Shown: positions 8,554-14,800 of the stretch, in pieces
Position numbering within the stretch: the first letter of the stretch is position 1
How the letters are laid out: each line of letters starts with the position of its first letter
From: an uncultured virus (IMG/VR IMGVR_UViG_3300033148_006032)
Lineage: Duplodnaviria; Heunggongvirae; Uroviricota; Caudoviricetes
Direction: 5' to 3' (one strand)
IMG/VR virus record: IMGVR_UViG_3300033148_006032
Length of the DNA stretch: 20,000 bases
Made by a program: the position numbers and the translations under genes
The notes under the pieces: generated by a model
What the model was told of the DNA's origin: nothing
Seen by the model: the letters and a program-made list of their open reading frames with translations, nothing else
Database searches by the model: none

Positions 8554-8956
8554 TTTCTCTCCTCCATTCTACGTATGATGTAGGTGATTCATACAATCTT
8601 ACAAAGCTCACATGCTTGATGAAGGGGCCTCGGGCTGATACAGCCTCCAACATCCCAATTATCCAAATCAATATGTTTTCTGCCGTCGGGCTATACTTTG
8701 GGAAGCCCTCTTCTACCTTGTTCAGGAATTCGTGATCCAATTTATCCACTATGAGTTGATTAATAATGTGTTTTATCTCCACAAAATCAATAACCATGCC
8801 TGTTGTTGGATTCACGTATCCTTTGACTCCAACATGAAGTACCCACCGGTGTCCATGGATTTTTTTACATTTTCCTTCATACCTTGGTAAAAAATGGGCG
8901 GCATCAAATGAAAACTCCTTTACCACTTCAATCTGCATTTTTACATTCGTTTCCAT
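8546..8956 (-). CDS. queD: 6-carboxy-5,6,7,8-tetrahydropterin synthase
   Basis: FDAAH, CKKIHGH, LDHEFLN, PTAENI, YESPTS. Likely start is ATG 8956 after AGGAGGAAAGGAAAG, although the frame stays open upstream to 9190. Confidence 0.93.
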   Translation of the reverse strand: METNVKMQIEVVKEFSFDAAHFLPRYEGKCKKIHGHRWVLHVGVKGYVNPTTGMVIDFVEIKHIINQLIVDKLDHEFLNKVEEGFPKYSPTAENILIWIIGMLEAVSARGPFIKHVSFVRLYESPTSYVEWRRENV

Positions 8957-9205
8957 ACTTTCCTTTCCTCCTATCTCATTTTTATTTATCATATCCCACA
9001 AGGGACAGCTATATTTATCTGTATCAACCAGCTGATTCCTGTACAGATAATTTATCAATCCATTATCACTGCAAACATATTGTCTATATCCAAATTCAGT
9101 TGGTTTATACCAATCATACATATTTGAGTTTGATTGCCTCATAGATTTTAAATTGTTTTGTCTTGCTATTTTACGGGCGATTTCATGAGTTCATTTGATT
9201 CTCAT
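8957..9205 (-). pseudogene. Interrupted ORF in frame with queD (TGA at codon 5)
   Basis: Strong RBS AGGAGGAGG, then ATG 9205 reads MRIK*THEIARKIARQNNLKSMRQ... with no further stop before queD. Confidence 0.45.
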
Positions 9206-9227
9206 ATATTTCCTCCTCCTGAATTGG

Positions 9228-9470
9228 TCATTTACCACAGCAGTGTTTATATTTTTTTTTGCCACTGTGGCATTTGCATTTTTCATTCCTCCCCTGCTCT
9301 TTTTTCCGGGCGTACTGAGGAACATGTCTTACATACTTATACTTGGGCATATCTGCCAACATATCCATACTGTAATATCCATTAGGTGATAAACTAGCCA
9401 TAAGTGCTGAAATTGTGCATAGGCTTGCTAAGTGTTTTGATGAGCCTGCGGATAACTTCTTTTCATCCAT
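9228..9470 (-). CDS. Small protein with a C-terminal SEC-C metal-binding motif
   Basis: GRNEKCKCHSGKKKYKHCCGK compared with the SEC-C consensus GRNDPCPCGSGKKYKKCC. Confidence 0.8.
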   Translation of the reverse strand: MDEKKLSAGSSKHLASLCTISALMASLSPNGYYSMDMLADMPKYKYVRHVPQYARKKEQGRNEKCKCHSGKKKYKHCCGK

Positions 9471-9500
9471 ATACCATACCCTCTTTTCCTTAATACATTA

Positions 9501-9531
9501 TATTATACATGCGTCTTCTATTTCATTTAGG
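9501..9531 (-). promoter_or_regulatory. Putative promoter CCTAAA-N15-ATGTATAATA
   Basis: Intergenic; matches the motif at 7859-7889. Confidence 0.6.
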
Positions 9532-9535
9532 TGTA

Positions 9536-9790
9536 TTACCTTTCCTCTCCTAGTTCTACACGAAGTATCAATGCTTTGATAATCTTGCTAGCCTCGATTT
9601 TGTTCATTATTTTATAATCATAACCACCATCCTCGTTAAGTTTCGCAAGTAGCCCTTCAATGTAGTTAATCTGTTCATATGTTGCCTGTTTGCGGCTTAT
9701 ATAGTTTTTACATTTCTTATTTGTACAATTCCCATAAATCAGCAAGGAATGACAAAGTTTGCAAAAATCAGTTTCAGTCATGATATTCAT
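9536..9790 (-). CDS. Hypothetical protein with an N-terminal Cys cluster and an ATxxQxxYI helical motif
   Basis: ATGA overlap with the upstream ORF. CKLC...CTNKKC. Confidence 0.7.
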   Translation of the reverse strand: MNIMTETDFCKLCHSLLIYGNCTNKKCKNYISRKQATYEQINYIEGLLAKLNEDGGYDYKIMNKIEASKIIKALILRVELGEER

Positions 9791-10038
9791 CCTTTCTCTT
9801 TTGTTCTTGCGGTGCATATGGTTCTAAAATTACAAAATAGGCAAAGCGCCCCAAAAGACTGTACAAAACATTTTTTTTGCAAATTCTCTATTATGTGCTC
9901 CTTATCCTTCACAAGTTCTTGCAAATCTTTAATCTGTCCCTGCAATTTTTTTATTGCTTCCTCTTGTGTTCTACATCTTCTTTGTGCATCCGTATCCAGT
10001 TGACTTCTGAATTCTTCAAGATTAATTCCTCTACTCAT
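9787..10038 (-). CDS. Hypothetical coiled-coil protein with C-terminal cysteines
   Basis: RBS AGGAGG; heptad-like segment; CLFC...C. Confidence 0.7.
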   Translation of the reverse strand: MSRGINLEEFRSQLDTDAQRRCRTQEEAIKKLQGQIKDLQELVKDKEHIIENLQKKCFVQSFGALCLFCNFRTICTARTKEKG

Positions 10039-10076
10039 AGTATCCTCCTATACAATATTTTTAATTTTTTCCATTA

Positions 10077-10340
10077 TCATAAGTCAAACATCAATTGTTG
10101 CTTCTTCGTTTTACTCGTTGTCACTGTATCTGTGCCTGTACTGCCCATATCCTTGCCTGCGTAGTCTTTACACCTCCCTTCAGGTATATGAATAGGTTGC
10201 TTACCATTCTTGAAGCAGTACCCATATATCTTACCTCCATTAAGATGCTTTGGTTCTATTAAGATCGATGCATGGATGCAATTCCAACAGTCCATATTAA
10301 TAGAATTTCTTTTGAGTATTTTTCGGGGGTTTTGTATCAT
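10077..10340 (-). CDS. Hypothetical Cys-containing protein
   Basis: CWNCIH...GYC...C. ATGA overlap with the upstream ORF. Ends QQLMFDL. Confidence 0.65.
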   Translation of the reverse strand: MIQNPRKILKRNSINMDCWNCIHASILIEPKHLNGGKIYGYCFKNGKQPIHIPEGRCKDYAGKDMGSTGTDTVTTSKTKKQQLMFDL

Positions 10341-10468
10341 CCATATACCTCCGTTTCCTCTAAGCTTATAATTTCAGGAAAATCTGTATCCGGTATAAAT
10401 ATTTGGGTTTCCTCATACGTAATGGTATTATCTTCTTGTACTATTGGAATTTGTATTATTTTATCCAT
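10337..10468 (-). CDS. Small acidic protein (43 aa)
   Basis: Manual translation: MDKIIQIPIVQEDNTITYEETQIFIPDTDFPEIISLEETEVYG. RBS AAAGGAG; fills the gap. Confidence 0.55.
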   Translation of the reverse strand: MDKIIQIPIVQEDNTITYEETQIFIPDTDFPEIISLEETEVYG

Positions 10469-10840
10469 TCAATCCACTCCTTTTCCGAATGTGGACCAAT
10501 TGCCTTTTTCAATCATTTCCTTTGTAAATCTATGCTTATTACTGGCTGTTCCGAAATGATACCGTGTGCCATCAATCTCACATTCAATAGTCCTACCTCT
10601 CGCCCATGCTTCAAAAGCTTTCTGCCATGTTACGGGTTGTGGTACAAGTTTCCATTTGTCAGTTAATATTATACTTGATAATTCAGAGATTTCTCCAAGT
10701 TTATTAATTGCTTCAACCTGAACAAATCCTGCGGATAAACCTTTTTTATGTTCTAATCTATAGGTTATGCCTCCATCCTCGTACGAAAAAACTAATTCAT
10801 TATTTTCTTCTATCATCCTTATTGCTTCTGATGTATTCAT
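10469..10840 (-). CDS. Hypothetical phage protein (123 aa)
   Basis: RBS AAGGAGG; fits the operon. Confidence 0.75.
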   Translation of the reverse strand: MNTSEAIRMIEENNELVFSYEDGGITYRLEHKKGLSAGFVQVEAINKLGEISELSSIILTDKWKLVPQPVTWQKAFEAWARGRTIECEIDGTRYHFGTASNKHRFTKEMIEKGNWSTFGKGVD

Positions 10841-10859
10841 ATTATTTCCTCCTTAGTTT

Positions 10860-11159
10860 TTATAGGATATCCTCATCAATTACATATGCTATTCTCTGTT
10901 TACTAATTGCCACAAGATGCACTGTCCATTTTACGACAGGTACAAAATAATACTCATCATCACATGCAGTAAATCCATTATAATTAATAACTCTTTTTCC
11001 TACATATGTACACATTTTGTGAATTTCTTGTTTGCTGTATCTCGGTTTACCTTCACCAAATGGTTTAACATCATTACGCAAATATATGTTTTTCACATAT
11101 ATAGATTCTCCTAATTCAGGTTCTTTTTTCGCTTTATTTATGTGTTTATATGAATACAT
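10860..11159 (-). CDS. Hypothetical phage protein (99 aa)
   Basis: RBS AAGGAGG; fits the operon. Confidence 0.75.
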   Translation of the reverse strand: MYSYKHINKAKKEPELGESIYVKNIYLRNDVKPFGEGKPRYSKQEIHKMCTYVGKRVINYNGFTACDDEYYFVPVVKWTVHLVAISKQRIAYVIDEDIL

Positions 11160-11186
11160 AAACTGCCTCCTTTCTACCTCTATAGG

Positions 11187-11396
11187 TTATAAGATTTTTT
11201 TACTGCTTACTTCCTCCTTCAATATCTTCCATCCACCATCGATGTAATTCCATATCCAATCTTCCCAATGTTTTTCCAGTATTTCTTCTATTTCTTCTTC
11301 CGTCATATCATCTTTAAATTCAAGTTCAACTGTTTCTTCGTGTTCCGCACCGACAAATCCTGTACTTAAAGTAAATTTAATCTTTAACACCTTCAT
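11187..11396 (-). CDS. Small acidic phage protein (69 aa)
   Basis: RBS GAGGAGG. STGFVGAEHEE...WEDWIWNYIDGGW. Confidence 0.75.
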   Translation of the reverse strand: MKVLKIKFTLSTGFVGAEHEETVELEFKDDMTEEEIEEILEKHWEDWIWNYIDGGWKILKEEVSSKKIL

Positions 11397-11401
11397 ATAC
11401 T

Positions 11402-11765
11402 CTATACCTCCTCTAACAATTCAGGGTTATCGTGGATATTACCTATAACCCTTTTTTTAAAACATCCTATTGCATAATATCCCTCACCAGTTATATAAGT
11501 TTTATACTTATTACATAAGACTATCCTGAATTCACCTTCTCAAAGATAACCACCATATTTGCAGTGTCCCATTCTGCAATACAATGCACAATAGCACCTT
11601 TATATATCATCTCACCTTCTGGATATTTTTCTGTTCTCTTGTTGTCGTGCAATCCTATATTCTGTAAAAACGCAATTGCTCAAAGCAATTAATAGAATGT
11701 TCATTTAATAATAACCATGAACATAAAATCCACATTACTCCTAAACATATTATAAATCCGATCAT
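11402..11765 (-). pseudogene. Degraded YopX-family gene
   Basis: Fragments in different frames: LQNIGLHDNKRTEKYPEGEMIYKGAIV and VIGNIHDNPELLEEV*. These match the YopX signatures QYTGLKD..EIYEGDIV and VIGNIYENPELLE. Confidence 0.75.
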
Positions 11766-11959
11766 GACGTATCCCCTTCGAGTTTATATTGTTTAATCTC
11801 CTCAATAATCTTAACATCCGCCTCATTGAATTTTGTGGACATATAAGATTCCCCCCTCACAAATGCATATATAAGACTTTGTGTTTCTGCATCAATTATC
11901 TTCCGACCTACTTTATTCTCAAAGTATTTTATAATATTAGCCAATGCTGTTTGGTTCAT
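11762..11959 (-). CDS. Hypothetical protein (65 aa)
   Basis: Start moved to ATG 11959 (RBS AAGGGAG). Confidence 0.6.
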   Translation of the reverse strand: MNQTALANIIKYFENKVGRKIIDAETQSLIYAFVRGESYMSTKFNEADVKIIEEIKQYKLEGDTS

Positions 11960-12001
11960 AAACTCGCTCCCTTTTTTACATATTTTTCTTAACCAATTCA
12001 A

Positions 12002-12973
12002 TTATCCATATCGACACCATATGAATATTTTCTTTTTTACAGCCTGTATACCCCTCCATGCCAACCAAGCTGGGTGACTTGTTCCAGTTATTTCATATCG
12101 AATTTGCCGTACCCGGCGAAACTCAATTTTTCCGGAATCCCAACACATTTTGAGGAGTGTATCCCGGATTGTGTGTATTTGCTTCAACGTTACTTGTTGA
12201 AAATTTATAGGTTTTCCCTGCTGATTTTTAGGTAAGACATTTTTAGTCGCCTGTTGTAATACATCAAATGTCGTAGTGTCTACAGCAAGTCGGTTAACCA
12301 TTGTTTGTATTTTCTCATATATATTTTTCCCGGGAATATTCACGGGTTCTCGGTGAGTATCACTAACAAGCATCATATCATCAACCCATTTGCGTGCCCG
12401 TTTCAAGAATTCCGGAAAAATCCGATTATACTTGAGAAAATAATGCAGCAAGAAAGTTTTTGCTGTCCTTAATTCTGTTTGTACCCCCGTTAGTATAGTA
12501 CCTACTCTATTAACTTCAAGAGCTAGCTCTGTTCTACTCATATAATAAATGTCATTCCTAATGGCTTCATCGGATTTGACCATATTCCCATTTTCACAAG
12601 TTTCTACAACAACAAATGGGCTATTGACAAATAAATCATCCACTGCCATGTATCCTAGTTCTATCATGGTTTGTTGTGCCTCCAACCATTCTTTGACTGC
12701 ACGCCATGCCACCTGGCACGCCTGTTCTATATCGGCCTTAACATACCTTTTTCTTTGTTTCAGGTAGTTCAATTCTGTCAATACCATGTCAATCTTCACT
12801 GGTATGCAAATATTCAATACTTGCTCATCCCGTGCCGTAATCTGGAATTTAACTGCCACAGGTTGAAGATTATCATGTTCAATGAAAACCCGGTTCGCTC
12901 CCATGTCCTTAAGTAAGGCCCGTATTTCACGAATAATATGTGGTACATTCATTTGTATAGTATAATTCTTCAT
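12002..12973 (-). CDS. Hypothetical phage protein (323 aa)
   Basis: Long ORF with RBS AAGGAGG. No confident functional motif. Confidence 0.8.
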   Translation of the reverse strand: MKNYTIQMNVPHIIREIRALLKDMGANRVFIEHDNLQPVAVKFQITARDEQVLNICIPVKIDMVLTELNYLKQRKRYVKADIEQACQVAWRAVKEWLEAQQTMIELGYMAVDDLFVNSPFVVVETCENGNMVKSDEAIRNDIYYMSRTELALEVNRVGTILTGVQTELRTAKTFLLHYFLKYNRIFPEFLKRARKWVDDMMLVSDTHREPVNIPGKNIYEKIQTMVNRLAVDTTTFDVLQQATKNVLPKNQQGKPINFQQVTLKQIHTIRDTLLKMCWDSGKIEFRRVRQIRYEITGTSHPAWLAWRGIQAVKKKIFIWCRYG

Positions 12974-13003
12974 CTTGATTCCTCCTTCGATATATAAGAT
13001 CCA

Positions 13004-13471
13004 CTATCTTTGTTGATCTATTTCCGCAGCAGTTTTGTCAAGTTTTTTGTTTTTTGTGCATATTTGAACTAAATCATTGATTTTCTTAATATCTAAAAAT
13101 TCACTTTCTGATATGTTGATCATAAATTTATCTTCAATTGCTACGAGGATATTTATTCTATCTATACTATCTATTCCTATATCCGCAAGACTGGCGTTTT
13201 CCTGTATATCCTCCTCCAATACGTCTGTCTTCTCTTGTATAATCCGTTTAATTGTTGCGAAAACAGATTCTTTTGATGTCTTTTTATACTCTGGTCCTCT
13301 TACACATTTTCCCCAACCAATCGAATTAATTGGTCTTTGGTGTCGCATCTCCTCAAGTTTCTCATCCCTATCCATACGGTACATCTTAATTACCACACAA
13401 ACCATCTTAATAAAAAGAAATAACACTAACGCATAACCTAAAAAACAATACAACTTTATTTGCTCAAACAT
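13004..13471 (-). CDS. Acyl carrier protein domain with an N-terminal hydrophobic (transmembrane) segment
   Basis: VFATIKRII...ASLADIGIDSIDRINILVAIEDKFMINISESEF..IKKINDLV matches the ACP four-helix pattern with the DS phosphopantetheine site. Residues ~7-28 are hydrophobic. Confidence 0.82.
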   Translation of the reverse strand: MFEQIKLYCFLGYALVLFLFIKMVCVVIKMYRMDRDEKLEEMRHQRPINSIGWGKCVRGPEYKKTSKESVFATIKRIIQEKTDVLEEDIQENASLADIGIDSIDRINILVAIEDKFMINISESEFLDIKKINDLVQICTKNKKLDKTAAEIDQQR

Positions 13472-13500
13472 TTTTATTCTCCCTCCTCTTTTTCTTCTAT

Positions 13501-13665
13501 CTAAAAAATTTGTGTACCAAGCCTTCCTAAGATACGATTTGCCTTTTGCTTTTGTAATTTAATCGCCTTTGGATCATCAAGCACCGTCATGAGTCTATTA
13601 TATATTATCAACTTACTCATTCCTGCTAGTCGCAAATGAGTGAATTTTGTATTTTCATTCGCCAT
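13501..13665 (-). CDS. Small basic hypothetical protein (54 aa)
   Basis: Manual translation MANENTKFTHLRLAG...GTQIF. RBS AAGGAG. Confidence 0.5.
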   Translation of the reverse strand: MANENTKFTHLRLAGMSKLIIYNRLMTVLDDPKAIKLQKQKANRILGRLGTQIF

Positions 13666-13702
13666 AGTGCATTACTCCTTTCTTTTATTATCATACTTAT
13701 TT

Positions 13703-14144
13703 TTATTTGTCACCAACGCTGCACTTTCCTTCTAAATGATCAAGTTCATGACAAAAAAATTCTTGCCTCCAACATTTCCGCCTTAATGGTAATTTCCATC
13801 CCTTTATTATCAAAACCTCTGATAACTATTACATTTGGTCTACTAATTTCCTTTTCTACTCCTGGGTAACTTAGGCAGGTTTCTTTCCCCAGGTTTTCAT
13901 CTGTACTACTGCTTGGGATTTCCGGATTAATCACTATCCATATTCCCTTTTTGAGTTGTTTTCGCACAATGATTATTCGCTCTGCAACTCCTATTTGTGG
14001 AGCGGCTAGCCCCACCCCTTGGTTTTCTAGCATGATATCGCGCATATTCGTAACGATATCATTAAGGTGAGCATCGAATGCCGTAACTTCTTTGCAGATT
14101 GTTTTCAATATCGGATCACCTTTTATCCGTAATTGATATTCCAT
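13703..14144 (-). pseudogene. def: Peptide deformylase with a 1-nt frameshift in a T7 tract
   Basis: GDPIL, GVGLAAPQIG and ETCLS are in one frame. Removing one T at 13753-13759 restores ARIFCHELDHLEGKCSVGDK* (HExxH). Confidence 0.9.
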
Positions 14145-14157
14145 TTCCTTACCTCCT

Positions 14158-14358
14158 CTATGCATTACTTATTTTATCACGCAAATTCTTCATCTCTTGT
14201 ATCTGTTCTTCTACCATCCATAAACAGCTTCCATTTTTTTCAATTAATCTTTTTTCTAATTTGTTTAGTCTACTTCCAAGTGATATTTGTAACAGTTGTA
14301 GTTGTCTGTCAGTAACTTTTAATACACTTTCTCTTGTTTCCATTGTTGTCTTTGTCAT
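14158..14358 (-). CDS. Small helical hypothetical protein (66 aa)
   Basis: Start moved to ATG 14358 (RBS AGGAGG). Confidence 0.65.
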   Translation of the reverse strand: MTKTTMETRESVLKVTDRQLQLLQISLGSRLNKLEKRLIEKNGSCLWMVEEQIQEMKNLRDKISNA

Positions 14359-14389
14359 TTTGTTACCTCCTACCATTTATTTTTAATTC

Positions 14390-14581
14390 TTATTGTACTG
14401 TTATTAATGCTTCCCCATCAAATATACTAAATATAGTTTTTAAGGAGGTGCTATTATTAACTTTTTTAAATTCATTCTCCGAATCTTGATAATTGAATTC
14501 TAAAGTAACTGTACCTTTTTCTTTTAAAATTTTTAATGCTTTTTGATATTGTGTATTTTCCTTTAAATTTGTCATTTTCAT
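14390..14581 (-). CDS. Small hypothetical protein (63 aa)
   Basis: Start moved to ATG 14581 (RBS GGAGG). First gene after the putative sigma-A promoter. Confidence 0.65.
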   Translation of the reverse strand: MKMTNLKENTQYQKALKILKEKGTVTLEFNYQDSENEFKKVNNSTSLKTIFSIFDGEALITVQ

Positions 14582-14627
14582 TTTCAATACCTCCAAATAA
14601 TTTTTTTAACTCCCTCTTACAATTACT

Positions 14628-14656
14628 ATTATATTATATAGTAATATATATTACAA
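14628..14656 (-). promoter_or_regulatory. Sigma-A/sigma-70-like promoter TTGTAA-N17-TATAAT, overlapped by the 14-bp palindrome GTAATATATATTAC
   Basis: -35 at 14656-14651, -10 at 14633-14628, palindrome at 14641-14654. Confidence 0.7.
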
Positions 14657-14733
14657 GTGAGTAATATGTCATATATGTTAATATCACACTATATGGAGTG
14701 AATAGGATACATTACCTATCTATGTTCCTAAAT

Positions 14734-14760
14734 TTTACTCTTGTTTACTCCGATTTACTC
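14734..14760. repeat. Three TTTACTC direct repeats with an exact 10-bp period
   Basis: Copies at 14734, 14744 and 14754 in an AT-rich intergenic region. Confidence 0.7.
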
Positions 14761-14800
14761 CATATATCTAGTTTTTTTATAAAAAAGATTTTAATTTATT

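Noticed and set aside
4353..8956. Host queuosine tRNA-modification operon
   Set aside because: No queF, queA or queG/H. The TGT-like protein lacks the bacterial Tgt CxCxxC zinc site, and the context is phage replication genes.
8546..9142. QueD as a genuine 198-aa protein starting at 9142
   Set aside because: No RBS before 9142. A strong RBS precedes ATG 8956, which gives a normal-sized QueD.
9191..9193. Genome-wide TGA recoding
   Set aside because: TGA ends several genes at ATGA overlaps (e.g. 2077, 3628, 6437, 9787), and conserved genes contain no internal TGA.
13501..13665. LRLAG...IIYNRLM as a sixth DpdA-like N-terminal module
   Set aside because: The motif is not at the N-terminus, the spacing is much shorter, the aromatic pair after RL is absent, and the ORF is 8 kb from the cluster. 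Likely coincidence.
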